Shown here: positions 19,592 to 30,248 of the stretch, piece by piece
Layout of the letters: each line of letters begins with the position of its first letter
Numbering within the stretch: position 1 is the first letter of the stretch
Source of the DNA: Verrucomicrobiia bacterium
GTDB taxonomy: Bacteria > Verrucomicrobiota > Verrucomicrobiia > Limisphaerales > UBA1319
Length of the DNA stretch: 64,000 nucleotides
Assembly (NCBI GenBank): GCA_963664225.1
Contig: OY760937.1
Location: 5,376,001 to 5,440,000, forward strand
Direction of reading: 5' to 3'
Program-made: the position numbers and the translations under genes
Notes under the pieces: generated by a model
The model's input: the letters and a program-made list of their open reading frames with translations, nothing else
Told to the model about the DNA's origin: nothing
The model's database searches: none

Positions 19592-19650
19592 CGCGTCTGA
19601 ATGGGGTTCAGAAGGTCGTGAGTTCAAATCTCACCGCCCCGACCACTTAA
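19592..19650 (+). repeat. att-like direct repeat, copy 2 (tRNA-Pro 3' fragment)
   Basis: Identical to 4797..4855. Lacks the 5' acceptor strand and most of the D arm, so it is not a functional tRNA. Confidence 0.95.
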
Positions 19651-19925
19651 ATCCTTCGAAATTCTCAGTTTTCCTTGATGAAGTAATTGCCCAGCAGTTT
19701 CCTTGTCATGCAATGGCATGTATAGAAGTGAGCTTTCAGATTGATTGTTGGCAATCCATGTCTTCAAAGGGTGTGCTGACGATAGCTGTTAGGTTTTTTT
19801 TCAGCGCATGGATGATTCGCACCACGGGCGGCGAGTTGTCGCCAACAAAATTGCGCAACGCAAACAGAGCTCCTTTCCACACTAGTGCCAGCGGTGCCAC
19901 AAGTGTATCCTCTCGAGTGGATGTT

Positions 19926-20625
19926 TCAACCAGGCGATTCTCCACAGCAAGAACCCTGCACATTGGTTTCGCTGGCGGGCCATTCGCCATTCTGCAACTC
20001 GAATTCGTATTGCCACCGTAACTCCTTTCGCTCGGCTGCATGCTGGCGCGATTGCAACCATGGCTCCAACTCTTGCGAATTTCGGAACTGGGATTGCGGA
20101 TCCTGGGCCAGCGGTCGCAACACTGCGATTACATCTTCCGGAGAACTGCTCGTCAATTGTCCGTTCTTATCAAACAAGCCGGAAAAAAGCGCGGCAGCGC
20201 TTGATTTCCGGTTATGCTTCGGATTGTGTCGTTGGCGGCATCGGGAACCAATTCAATTCTTGTCGAGCCCTCTTTTTCAGCGTCAAAAAAAGCTGAAGAA
20301 AGCATCTTTGGATATGCTGCCGCACCGCTTCGACATGCTTGAATGTACCCAGACCATTAATTCGAAAATCGACGCAATCGCAGTAAAACTGTCGATTCTT
20401 CACGTCGCGAATTTCGACTGAATACTTCAGTCCGCTGCCTGAATGCGCTTTAAAAATGGAAAACACGGGATTCCGCGGTGTGAGATTGGATATTTTGAAA
20501 AGCTCATTTCGATCCCGTTCCCGGCGATGATTGATTTCGCCTTCATCCGTCGTGCGCCAGTTGCAGGGCGATGGAATGGACGCCTTTGGCTTTGGTGATT
20601 TCTTCAATTTCACTTTCGATTCCAT
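19926..20625 (-). pseudogene. Decayed N-terminus of a SWIM zinc-finger / SNF2-type helicase
   Basis: CDCVDFRINGLGTFKHVEAV is a SWIM motif with the third Cys replaced by Phe. Frame breaks at A7 (20285-20291) and A6 (20183-20188) runs; sequence stops before any ATPase motif. Confidence 0.65.
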
Positions 20626-20913
20626 GCAAACGATCATTCTTGGGACTGGGTTGGTGTTAACTTTGAAACGCTGAAGCACCCGAATCCGGGCAATTCGAAG
20701 AACCACATTGGCGTGTGCAAAATGCGATAAAACTCAAAAATACCGCAGCGCTTATGAAGTCAATCTGTATTAGGACGGGCCCCCGGGTTTGTCAGGTTTT
20801 GGCTTTTACCAGCTTCCTGAGTCATGTTCTGCGCCTCAAACCGAATCGTTGAACCATCGGACGTTGACCCGAAAGCAAGAAACCATTTTAATATTCGAAG
20901 CCCGATTCTCTTT

Positions 20914-22614
20914 ATGAATACATCCACAATGCGAACCGCCATGCGCCTACTGCTGGGTGTTGTCTGCCTGGTTTGCTGCCAGCGCATGTCCGCCGCCGTC
21001 TCCAGCCCGGCAGTTCCTGTAGTGTCAGCGCCTTTCGATTTGCAGGGCTTTCTGGACACCGAAATCAAGGCGGGGCACAAGCGCATCGTGGTGCCGCCCG
21101 GCCATTATCGCGTGACTCCCAAAAACCGGCAGCACCTCTCGCTGCAAAGCTTGAAGGACGTCGAGATCATTGCCGATGGCGTGGAGATGATTTGCACCGA
21201 GACGACGCGCGCGCTGACGATCAGTCGATGCACCAATGTCACGGTGCGCGGATTGGTGATCGACTATGATCCACTGCCCTACACACAGGGACGCATCACC
21301 GCCATTTCCGCGGACAGGCAGATCTATGACGTGGAGCTTTTTGAGGGGTATCCCACTGCGGAAACGGTTCGCAACTTCAAATATGAAGTCATCCGCCCCG
21401 ATTCGCGGACACTGCGGTGCGAGGATCGTGACATCAGCAAGATTGAGGTGGTGGATGCCCGGCATCTCCGCCTCACCAGCCCCGGACGCCATGAAAGGAA
21501 TGCCGAGCAGGTCGGCGACCTGATTGTGATTGGCTCGGAATACGCTCCACATGGCAGCGCCGCCCACGCGGTCGAGTGCAGCAATAATGTCAATGTGCGG
21601 CTGGAGAACATCGACCTCTTTGCCTCAAACTGCTTCGGGTTCCTGGAATATAATTGCGATGGAAGCGTCTATTTACGGTGCCGGATTGACCGACGTTCGC
21701 CCGCTGAGGATTTCGTGAAACGGGAACCGCGCCTGCGTTCGCTCGACGCGGATGCCTTTCACAGCAAGCACGCGATCAAGGGGCCGTCCTATATTGAATG
21801 CTCGGCACGTTTCATGGCGGACGATTGCATCAACATCTGCGGCGATTACCACATGATCATGAATTCGCAGGGCAGGGAATTGCGCGTGCTGGCCAAGGGC
21901 AGCATGAACATCCAGCCGGGCGATCCGGTGGAACTCGTGCTCTACACCGGCGAACGGCTGCCGGACGCGAAGGTCATCTCAGTCCAACCTGCGGGTGAGA
22001 TACTCGATGACGAACGGGCCTTCCTGGCCAAACAAAACCTGGACGCCGGTTTGAAGAGCGCGCGCGGGCTGGGCAAGGCCTTCACCGTGACATTGGATCG
22101 CGAGGTGGCCATGCCACGCGGCGGTGTCCTCTGTGCGGCCAACCGCATCGGCAACGGATTTCAGGTGAAAAACTGCAATTTCGGTTTCAACCGTTCCCGA
22201 GGCATTCTCATCAAGGCCAGTCACGGGGAGATCACTGGCAACCGCATGGAAGGGTGTTGGATGTCCGCAATTCTGGTGTCCCCCGAGTATTGGTGGCTGG
22301 AGGCGGGCAGCAGCAGCGATCTCAAGATCACGGGAAATAACATCAAGAATTGTGGAGGTGTTCCCATACGGATTGAGGCGACAGGTGGAAATGGCGATAT
22401 CGCACCGGCGGGCGCGCACCGGAACATCACGGTCAACGGCAACACCATTACCGGCTGTGCGATGCCGGGTATCCTGGTGACCTTCACAGCCGATTTGAAG
22501 ATGGGGCGTAATACTTTCGCCGACTGGTCTGACTCTAAGGAAATCCCCGGCGAGATGCGCAAGGCTGGATTGACAGAATTGAAGCCTGTCGTGGAGATTA
22601 ACTGCACGAAATAG
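20914..22614 (+). CDS. Right-handed beta-helix glycoside hydrolase, GH110-like
   Basis: Signal peptide; IDYDPLPYTQG, DADAFH, ADDCINI, NRSRGILIK. Confidence 0.7.
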   Translation: MNTSTMRTAMRLLLGVVCLVCCQRMSAAVSSPAVPVVSAPFDLQGFLDTEIKAGHKRIVVPPGHYRVTPKNRQHLSLQSLKDVEIIADGVEMICTETTRALTISRCTNVTVRGLVIDYDPLPYTQGRITAISADRQIYDVELFEGYPTAETVRNFKYEVIRPDSRTLRCEDRDISKIEVVDARHLRLTSPGRHERNAEQVGDLIVIGSEYAPHGSAAHAVECSNNVNVRLENIDLFASNCFGFLEYNCDGSVYLRCRIDRRSPAEDFVKREPRLRSLDADAFHSKHAIKGPSYIECSARFMADDCINICGDYHMIMNSQGRELRVLAKGSMNIQPGDPVELVLYTGERLPDAKVISVQPAGEILDDERAFLAKQNLDAGLKSARGLGKAFTVTLDREVAMPRGGVLCAANRIGNGFQVKNCNFGFNRSRGILIKASHGEITGNRMEGCWMSAILVSPEYWWLEAGSSSDLKITGNNIKNCGGVPIRIEATGGNGDIAPAGAHRNITVNGNTITGCAMPGILVTFTADLKMGRNTFADWSDSKEIPGEMRKAGLTELKPVVEINCTK

Positions 22615-22629
22615 TTTCCAAATTCAATT

Positions 22630-23739
22630 ATGACATTTTCATTGGCGAAACTCTGCTGCCTCATCAGCGTCGGATTGGTGACAGGACTTGGGGTTGCGTC
22701 CGCACAACCGAACATCGCGGCTCCAACCTCGACAAATGCCTTTGCCCCGCAGAATCCGATCGATTTCTCCTATCCTTACTTTGACGGAACCCGGGAGCGA
22801 ACCATCACCGAACTGCGGGATCCGGCCATCATTCGCGAAGGCGACACTTATTACTTAGTGTTCACCCATTTTCCATTCACGCACCACACGAGTCGGGATG
22901 CGAGCAAGCCTGACCTCAATTCATCGCCAGGCATCCGGATTTACTCGTCGAAAGATTTGAGGAGTTGGAATTTCGAGAACTGGCTGGTCAAATCCAGTGA
23001 ACTGCCGGAGAACTGCCCCTACAAACACCGTTTCTGGGCGCCTGAGATTCACAAGATGGGCGGGCGGTTCTACGTGGTCTTCTACGCCGACAACTGGATC
23101 AAGGATGAATACAACAGCGATGGAAAGATGGGCTATGTGGCGTTTGTGGGTGTGGCGGATAAGGTGACGGGGCCCTACGAACACATCACCTGGCTCAAAG
23201 GGGGCGGTTGTGACACGAGCCTGTTCGGTGACGATGACGGCAAGACTTACGCAATCATGCCCTTCGGCAACGAATACATTCAGGAGGCGAATCTCACCCG
23301 GATTAACCATGGGGATATCAAGCTTGTCGGTGAACGCAAAATGGTTGTGGCCCGCGACAACAGCGATGTGGGCAGGAAGACCAGCCCTGACTACATGGAG
23401 GGGCCGTGGTTGATCAAACGCAACGGCAAGTATGTCTTATTCACCGCGTCGCCTTACAAGCAGAAGAAGGATGAACAGGGCGGAACACCCGATCTCGCGC
23501 CGGGATATTGGGTCGGCACGGCCGTGGCGGACAATATTTGGGGTCCCTATACGAAAACCCCACAGGTGTTTCTCGGCGGCCACATTGCCGTATTCACCGG
23601 ACCGGATGGGAAGGAATGGTTTGCATACCGCGGAGAATCCGGCGGCAAAGCCCAGGGCCGGCTGTGCGTCGATCCAATCCCATTCAACGACGACGGTTCT
23701 GTGAGAACGTTTTCGCCATCGGTTGGCCCGACCCGGTAG
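22630..23739 (+). CDS. GH43-family glycoside hydrolase
   Basis: RDPAII, FWAPEIH, CDTSLF, MEGPW five-bladed propeller motifs; signal peptide. Confidence 0.85.
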   Translation: MTFSLAKLCCLISVGLVTGLGVASAQPNIAAPTSTNAFAPQNPIDFSYPYFDGTRERTITELRDPAIIREGDTYYLVFTHFPFTHHTSRDASKPDLNSSPGIRIYSSKDLRSWNFENWLVKSSELPENCPYKHRFWAPEIHKMGGRFYVVFYADNWIKDEYNSDGKMGYVAFVGVADKVTGPYEHITWLKGGGCDTSLFGDDDGKTYAIMPFGNEYIQEANLTRINHGDIKLVGERKMVVARDNSDVGRKTSPDYMEGPWLIKRNGKYVLFTASPYKQKKDEQGGTPDLAPGYWVGTAVADNIWGPYTKTPQVFLGGHIAVFTGPDGKEWFAYRGESGGKAQGRLCVDPIPFNDDGSVRTFSPSVGPTR

Positions 23740-23792
23740 CCTGACTGCAATCTTCGTGGCAGGCTCTCCACGTGTCGAATTCCAAACACATG

Positions 23793-24746
23793 CTAAAATC
23801 CCATGACCCGGAAGAAGCCAGCCGGGTTTGTGAACGCGATCGAAATGGGCTGGGCGATGGTGGAGTTGAGATTGGAGAGGGTGATCCATTCGCCAGCATT
23901 CACGAGGGATCGCGTTTGAAGGATTCCTTGTTGACCGGGATCGGTTTGGATTTGGAGCAATAAAGTGTTGGTGGGCGAACGTTGGGCGGCCAGGCGCGGT
24001 GGTGTGGCAAAGAGAATTGTTAGTCGGGGAGGGGAGTTGGTGTTTTCACGGGAACCAAAGCGGCGCACGGTTCCAATCACCGATTCATCCGTGCATTGGA
24101 GAATCCAGCCGAAATTTTGTTCCGGGTGATCGAGCCAAAGCTGGACGTCTTCGATGGTGAAGGTCGTGGAATCAAAAGTGTAGGGGGAATTGGCCACATC
24201 CATGACGACCTTTTCAGCACTGGGCTGTAAGGCAAAGTCGCCATTTTGCTGGCCGCCAGGCGTGCTCCAGGAGTTCGTGGTGAACGCGAACCGATAGGTC
24301 CATGAGGCCTCATTGGTCGTGGCCGGTTGACCCACTCCGGGACCCGCTCCATCGGGGGCGGATTTGTCCCCTTCGCCCCAAGGCAAAAGAACCCTGGTGA
24401 GGCTGAAATTACCGGTTGAGACTGTGATGGGCGGTTGTTTTATAACGGTTAGAGTGAGGGCGGCGGATTGAATGAGGGCGCCTTGCGGCAATTGTCCGGC
24501 AACGTCGAATTTGATGAGCGCACGGGTGCGTTTATGGGTTTGATTCACGCCGGTGTTGAAGAAAAACTGCCCGCCGAGGTTGTTGGAAGGGGCGGTTTCA
24601 ATGAGCGTGGTGTCGGCCGAAGGGATTAGTGTAAGCGTGGCGGCCGATGCAAAAATGGGCGCAAGGCCAGCCAACACGAGGGTGAACCACAAAGGGCGGA
24701 ACCACCGAAATTTCCCCCACGCAATGGTGAGGCCTGAATTTTTCAT
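23793..24746 (-). CDS. DNRLRE-type domain exported protein with a putative C-terminal sorting domain
   Basis: ADTTLIE..NNLGG...RALIKFDV....I.SA.LTL; DVQLWLDHPEQNFGWIL; FGSRE...PPRL; ends GFFRVMGF. Confidence 0.65.
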   Translation of the reverse strand: MKNSGLTIAWGKFRWFRPLWFTLVLAGLAPIFASAATLTLIPSADTTLIETAPSNNLGGQFFFNTGVNQTHKRTRALIKFDVAGQLPQGALIQSAALTLTVIKQPPITVSTGNFSLTRVLLPWGEGDKSAPDGAGPGVGQPATTNEASWTYRFAFTTNSWSTPGGQQNGDFALQPSAEKVVMDVANSPYTFDSTTFTIEDVQLWLDHPEQNFGWILQCTDESVIGTVRRFGSRENTNSPPRLTILFATPPRLAAQRSPTNTLLLQIQTDPGQQGILQTRSLVNAGEWITLSNLNSTIAQPISIAFTNPAGFFRVMGF

Positions 24747-24987
24747 ATGATGGCCTGATGATTGGACCGGTGTTGATGGACACATAATTCAAGCCCGGTT
24801 CGTCGGCTAAACGTCCTATTTGCTCCTGAGCATCTGGAATAACCCCTGTGTCCTGTTTTCTCCATAATGGTCTCGCAACCCCTGAAAGTTAACTCTGTGG
24901 GGCGCTTTTGCAAAAGGAAGATGGATTGTGCAAGTGAGATCAAAAAATTTGACGTCGCCGAACGGCCTACACTAGACTGAGCCCACA

Positions 24988-26196
24988 GTGAATATTCACG
25001 AATATCAATCGAAACAGCTTTTGGCGAAGAACGGCGTGGGAGTGCCGCCCGGTAGTGTGTGTTCGACGGCTGCGCGCGCCAAAACAATTGCGGGCAAACT
25101 TTTTGCCGAAGGGGCCAAACGCGTCATCGTGAAATCGCAGATTCACGCGGGTGGACGCGGCAAAGGTGTGTTCAAAAGCGGATTTCAGGGCGGAGTGCGC
25201 CTTTGCAACAACAGCGCTGAGGCTTATGCCTATTCCAAGGCGATGCTTGGTGAAGTGCTTGTGACCAAGCAAACGGGGCCGGATGGCCGCCTGGTGAGCA
25301 AGGTGCTGGTGGAGGGAGCGCTGGCGATCGACCGGGAGCTTTTTGTGGCGGTTCTCTTGGATCGGGAAATCGGGCGTCCGGTCATGGTCGTGTGCCCCTC
25401 CGGTGGTATGGATATCGAGGAGGTGGCAGCCACGACTCCCGAGTTGATCACCCGGGAGGTGATTGATCCGGCAATTGGCATGATGCCTTATCAAGCCCGC
25501 AAAGTGGCATTGGCTCTGGGGCTAAACAGCGACTTGCTGCCTGCGGCCACCAAATTGTTGATGGGGGTATATAAGACCTGGTGGGAATGCGAGGCAACAC
25601 TGGTGGAGATTAATCCGTTGCATGTGGTTTCACATGGCGATGGAAATCACAGTCTTGTGGCGGTGGACGGCAAGATCAGCCTGGACGATAACGCGTTGTA
25701 TCGGCATCCGGAATTGCAGGCCCTGCGCGATCTGGCCGAGGAATCTCCCCTGGAGGTTGAGGCGAGCAATTACAATTTGAGTTACATCAAACTCACCGGG
25801 AATATCGCCTGCCTGGTCAATGGAGCCGGTCTGGCCATGGCCACGATGGACATCATCAAGTATTACGGTGGCGATCCGGCCAACTTCCTCGATGTGGGCG
25901 GTGGCGCGTCTCAGGAGCAGGTCGCGGCTGCCTTCAAAATCATTTTGGGCGATCAAAATGTGAAGGGCATTCTCGTGAACATTTTCGGCGGGATCATGCG
26001 CTGTGACATTATTGCCCGGGGCATCGTCGAGGCGGTCAAGGAATCCAAGGTGAATCTGCCGTTGGTGGTGCGTCTGGAGGGAACGAATTCAGACATCGGG
26101 AAACAACTTCTGAAGGATTCGGGTCTTTCTTTATTCAGCGCGGACACACTGGCCGAGGCGGCCGAAAAAGTAGTCAAAGCCGTAGCCGTCAAGTAA
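24988..26196 (+). CDS. sucC: Succinyl-CoA synthetase beta subunit
   Basis: [54 protein letters not shown]. Confidence 0.97.
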   Translation: MNIHEYQSKQLLAKNGVGVPPGSVCSTAARAKTIAGKLFAEGAKRVIVKSQIHAGGRGKGVFKSGFQGGVRLCNNSAEAYAYSKAMLGEVLVTKQTGPDGRLVSKVLVEGALAIDRELFVAVLLDREIGRPVMVVCPSGGMDIEEVAATTPELITREVIDPAIGMMPYQARKVALALGLNSDLLPAATKLLMGVYKTWWECEATLVEINPLHVVSHGDGNHSLVAVDGKISLDDNALYRHPELQALRDLAEESPLEVEASNYNLSYIKLTGNIACLVNGAGLAMATMDIIKYYGGDPANFLDVGGGASQEQVAAAFKIILGDQNVKGILVNIFGGIMRCDIIARGIVEAVKESKVNLPLVVRLEGTNSDIGKQLLKDSGLSLFSADTLAEAAEKVVKAVAVK

Positions 26197-26222
26197 ACGC
26201 CCTGCCTAATTTTCATAAATAT

Positions 26223-27113
26223 ATGTCAATTCTTGTAGATTCGAATACGCGGATCATGGTTCAGGGCATCACGGGCCGTTACGGAGGCCAGCACACCAAG
26301 TTGAGCCTCGAGTATGGAACCAAAATTGTCGCGGGTGTGACCCCGGGCAAAGGCGGCCAGATGTACGAGAACACGGTGCCGATTTTTAATACCGCCGCAG
26401 AGGCCGCCGCAGCGACGGGCGCCACGGTGTCTGTGGTGTTTGTGCCGCCGCCGTACGCGGCGGATGCGATTTTGGAGGCCGCAGCCGCCAATCTCGAGCT
26501 TGTGGTTTGCATTACGGAGTTCATTCCCATCCAGGACATGATCAAGGTCAAACGCGCGCTTGAGGGAAAGAAGACGCGGCTGCTGGGTCCCAATTGCCCG
26601 GGTATTGTAACGCCCGGGGAGGGGAAGGATTCCCACGGTGGTTGTCGCATCGGGATTTCGCCAGGATATATTCATAAGAAGGGTCATGTCGGGGTGGCGT
26701 CGCGCAGTGGCACACTGACTTATGAGACGGTGTGGCAGTTGACGCAACGCGGCGTGGGCCAGTCCACATGCGTGGGGATCGGCGGAGACCCTGTGAATGG
26801 CACGAGCCATCTGGATATTGTGAAAATGATGAATGACGATCCGGATACCCACGGCATCATCATCATCGGCGAGATTGGGGGATCGTCTGAGGAGGAAGTG
26901 GCCGCATGGGTGAAGAAGAACTGCAAAAAACCCGTGGCGGCCTTTGTCGCCGGGGCAACGGCGCCTCCTGGACGCCGCATGGGCCACGCGGGCGCCATCG
27001 TCAGTGGCAACAAGGGCACGGCGACTGCCAAAATTGCGGCTTTTAGGGATGCGGGCATCGCGGTTGCCGCCACTCCATCGGTGATTGCGGAAACGCTGTT
27101 GAAAATCATGTGA
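26223..27113 (+). CDS. sucD: Succinyl-CoA synthetase alpha subunit
   Basis: [35 protein letters not shown]. Confidence 0.97.
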   Translation: MSILVDSNTRIMVQGITGRYGGQHTKLSLEYGTKIVAGVTPGKGGQMYENTVPIFNTAAEAAAATGATVSVVFVPPPYAADAILEAAAANLELVVCITEFIPIQDMIKVKRALEGKKTRLLGPNCPGIVTPGEGKDSHGGCRIGISPGYIHKKGHVGVASRSGTLTYETVWQLTQRGVGQSTCVGIGGDPVNGTSHLDIVKMMNDDPDTHGIIIIGEIGGSSEEEVAAWVKKNCKKPVAAFVAGATAPPGRRMGHAGAIVSGNKGTATAKIAAFRDAGIAVAATPSVIAETLLKIM

Positions 27114-27191
27114 TCGGGCGCGCGGTCCCGAGGCCGCCTGAATGTCCGCTTGCATTTGGAAATCGGCAGGACGGGGGATTGAGATTGTGAT

Positions 27192-28034
27192 ATGAGCCTG
27201 ATCGATTGGATGCTTAATCTGGCGGGTTTGATCCTGTGGCTGGGCTGGCGCAATGCGCCGGCGGCCGGCAAGCGCCGTTCTGCGGGAATCACCATTGCCT
27301 CCACGATCAAGCCCATGCAAACGGCGCCTCCCCGAACCTGGTTGCTGCCGTTATGCCTGCTGGCCTTGATCACGCTCAGGAGCTTCTTTTACTGGCATAT
27401 TGGATCGGCGCTTGATTGGACACCGCGTCTGCCATTGGCGGTATTGGTTCTGCCCTTTAGAAGTGATCTTTTCGGAAGGATGATTTTATTCTCCTTCCTA
27501 AGCTTCGCGCTTTTTCTGGCCACATTTTACTTCGGCCTGTTCTTGTTGTCGGTCGTTAATCGGAGCATTACGGACAGCGATCCTGTGCAGCGTTGGCTAA
27601 GGACGCAATTGGGGCGTGTCGAGAAAACACCGGCGGCCTTGTTGATCATCATGCCGATCGTTTTAAGCGCCCTGGTATGGGCGGCATTGAGTCCGCCGCT
27701 CGTCTGGATGGGATTGCTGCCCCGGCCGGTTTCCGGAGCCCACTTGATGCAGCAGGCCATTGTGGTGGGCGCGGGATCGATTTTGATCTGGAAATACCTG
27801 GTGTCGGCGCTGCTCGTTCTGAGAATTGCCAACGATTATGTGTTTCTGGGCGACCTGGCCTTCTGGCGGTTTGTTAACGCCACATCGCATAATCTTCTCA
27901 AGCCGCTGTCCTGGTTGCCGCTGAGAACAAGTCATTTGGATTTTACCCCGGTGGCGGGTGTTGTTCTGGTCATGGCCTTGTTTGAACTGGGTGGCTATGG
28001 CCTAACCCAGCTCTACAGGCGCCTGCCGTTATAG
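27192..28034 (+). CDS. YggT-like integral membrane protein
   Basis: Multiple TM helices; C-terminal ..LLKPL..LPLR...LDFTPV as in YggT; directly upstream of hemW. Confidence 0.6.
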   Translation: MSLIDWMLNLAGLILWLGWRNAPAAGKRRSAGITIASTIKPMQTAPPRTWLLPLCLLALITLRSFFYWHIGSALDWTPRLPLAVLVLPFRSDLFGRMILFSFLSFALFLATFYFGLFLLSVVNRSITDSDPVQRWLRTQLGRVEKTPAALLIIMPIVLSALVWAALSPPLVWMGLLPRPVSGAHLMQQAIVVGAGSILIWKYLVSALLVLRIANDYVFLGDLAFWRFVNATSHNLLKPLSWLPLRTSHLDFTPVAGVVLVMALFELGGYGLTQLYRRLPL

Positions 28035-29236
28035 TGAATGATCGCTTTGTGATTTTGCCATTCGAGCCGGTTCGCAGCCTTTACGCGCACGTCCCATTTT
28101 GCGCGCACAAGTGCCTGTACTGCGCCTTCTATTCCGAAGTCCCCGGGCGTGGCGCCATGGATCGCTATGTTCAGGCTGTGCTTAAGGAGATGGAGCCCAT
28201 TGCCGGACGCATGACGCTGGATACCCTCTTTTTTGGCGGCGGCACGCCATCCCTCCTGAGTGCCGAGCAATGGAAAACCCTGTTTCAAGGGATGAACAAA
28301 ATGGGGTTGTCCGGCGCCCGGGAATTTACCGTGGAATGCAACCCGGCCACGATTGACCGGGAGAAAGCGGACGTTCTTCGCAGCCACGGTGTTAATCGCA
28401 TTTCCATGGGCATCCAATCGTTTGACGACACGTTTTTGCAGCGGTTGGGGCGTGTTCATACCCGGGCTCAGGCCATTGAATCTTTCAAGCTTCTGCGGGC
28501 GGCGGGCTTCGACAATATTAATGTGGACCTGATGTTTGCCATTCCCGGACAAACACTCGAGCAATGGCAGGCGACGCTCCTCGAGGCTATTGACCTGGGC
28601 AGCGAACACCTTTCCTCCTATGAGATCACTTATGAGGAGGACACACCGTTATTCGAGCAGCTTCAGGCAGGCCAGATTGACGTGGACGAAGACCTGGCTT
28701 GTGAGATGTATGACACGCTGGTGAAGGAGGCTGAAAAGGCGGGAGTGCATCGTTACGAGATCTCCAATTTTGCGAAGGATAAGGGTGGAAATGCGATTCC
28801 GTCGCTGGCTTGTCAGCACAACGTGAATTACTGGCGCGGCGGGACTTATTTTGGCGTCGGTCCCAGCGCCACCAGTTACGTCGATGGCTGCCGCTGGACG
28901 GATTGCCGCGACACGGTCCGGTATTGTGAAATGATCGAACAAGGCCGGAGTCCAATCGAAAGCCAGGAAACTTTGTCTGGTTTGCGCCGGGCCGGTGAAA
29001 TCGCGGCGTTTGGCCTGCGCATGAGCATCGGCTGGCCATTTGACCAATTTCAAAAAATCACCGGGTTTGATCTGCGCCAGGAATGGGAAAAGGAAATCGA
29101 TTCGCTGGTCGCCAATGGGCTGGGGTGTATCGATGCCACCGGCTTCCGGCTGACACCTGAAGGCTTGCGCTTTGCGGATTCCGCCGCAGAGGCATTCATT
29201 CGACTGCCCGAGGACGGCGAGGTTTCGGACGGTTGA
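28034..29236 (+). CDS. hemW: Radical SAM heme chaperone HemW
   Basis: YAHVPFCAHKCLYCAF, GGGTPS, ECNP, YEISNF, HNVNYW. Confidence 0.9.
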   Translation: MNDRFVILPFEPVRSLYAHVPFCAHKCLYCAFYSEVPGRGAMDRYVQAVLKEMEPIAGRMTLDTLFFGGGTPSLLSAEQWKTLFQGMNKMGLSGAREFTVECNPATIDREKADVLRSHGVNRISMGIQSFDDTFLQRLGRVHTRAQAIESFKLLRAAGFDNINVDLMFAIPGQTLEQWQATLLEAIDLGSEHLSSYEITYEEDTPLFEQLQAGQIDVDEDLACEMYDTLVKEAEKAGVHRYEISNFAKDKGGNAIPSLACQHNVNYWRGGTYFGVGPSATSYVDGCRWTDCRDTVRYCEMIEQGRSPIESQETLSGLRRAGEIAAFGLRMSIGWPFDQFQKITGFDLRQEWEKEIDSLVANGLGCIDATGFRLTPEGLRFADSAAEAFIRLPEDGEVSDG

Positions 29237-29270
29237 TTCCTTAAGACACGGCTGCTAGGCTGCGAAGGTA

Positions 29271-30164
29271 TTGGAAACAACGAGTTATAGTTTGGTGCGA
29301 CTGACCAATGGGGATTACAGCCTGCGAAGCCTGGAACATCGCGAGACGTTTCATCCCGTGATTGGTCCAATTCGCGAGGCGGAATCCCTGTATGTGCGCC
29401 AGTTGGGTCTGCCGGAGCGATTGCAGAATCACACGGGCGAGTTCGTCATTTGGGATGTCGGTTTGGGCGCCGCGGCGAATGCCCTGACCGCACTCCGGCT
29501 GACGCGTTCCATGCCCTGCGATATCCGACTGGTCAGTTTCGATTGCACCTTGAGCGCTCTGGAATTTGCCCGGCAGCACAAGGAAGAGCTGGCCTATTTT
29601 CAAGGATATGAGCAGGCGGTGGATGGCTTGCTCAAGGATGGCGCAGTGACTTTCGAAGACGGCGCCAGGCGGGTTCATTGGCATGCGCATATTCAGGATT
29701 TTCCGACGCTCGTGTCATCATGGCCTGAAACCGGCGCAAACGGCAGCCAGCAACCCAGAGGGGGCATTCCGTCACCTCATGCGATTTTTTGGGATGCCTA
29801 TTCGCCGGCTAAAAATCCAGCCATGTGGTGCCAGCCTCTGTTTGCGCAGGTTCGCAGTAATCTGGCACAAAAGCAGGGTTGCGGTCTGGCCACGTACTCG
29901 CGCAGCACCCAGTTGCGCGCATCATTGCTCCTGGCGGGATTCTTTGTTGGCAGGGGCGTGAGCACGGGCGAAAAGGAGGAAACCACCATCGCCGCCACCA
30001 CTTTGGATCTCATCAAGAACCCCCTGGACGAACGATGGCTTGAACGTGCCAGCAATTCCACCAGTGCCGAGCCCTTATGGGAACCGGCTTATTCGCAAAA
30101 CCCGCTCTCACCCCGGACATGGGAAAAATTAAATGCCCACGCCCAATTCGCCGCCGTCAAATAA
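29271..30164 (+). CDS. mnmD: Stand-alone MnmC-type (MnmD) SAM-dependent methyltransferase domain
   Basis: ETFHP..G...EA..LY, DVGLGAAAN, WDAYSPAKNPAMW, ATYS. The TTG start is uncertain. Confidence 0.65.
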   Translation: METTSYSLVRLTNGDYSLRSLEHRETFHPVIGPIREAESLYVRQLGLPERLQNHTGEFVIWDVGLGAAANALTALRLTRSMPCDIRLVSFDCTLSALEFARQHKEELAYFQGYEQAVDGLLKDGAVTFEDGARRVHWHAHIQDFPTLVSSWPETGANGSQQPRGGIPSPHAIFWDAYSPAKNPAMWCQPLFAQVRSNLAQKQGCGLATYSRSTQLRASLLLAGFFVGRGVSTGEKEETTIAATTLDLIKNPLDERWLERASNSTSAEPLWEPAYSQNPLSPRTWEKLNAHAQFAAVK

Positions 30165-30248
30165 AGAGTGCGCGCGCAGGTTGCCGGTTTGGGAACGAAT
30201 GGGAATGCCTCATTCCTGCCGCGTCCGCATCAGTGTCCTGACCTGTTT

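Larger units (their letters stand above)
4797..19650. mobile_element. Genomic island integrated at tRNA-Pro, no integrase visible
   Basis: Bounded by a 59-bp perfect direct repeat of the tRNA 3' end (offset 14,795 bp). Contains one minus-strand operon of 8 accessory genes. Confidence 0.8.

Noticed and set aside
19592..19645. Second tRNA-Pro gene
   Set aside because: The first 23 nt of the tRNA are missing, so no acceptor or D stem can form; treated as an att repeat.
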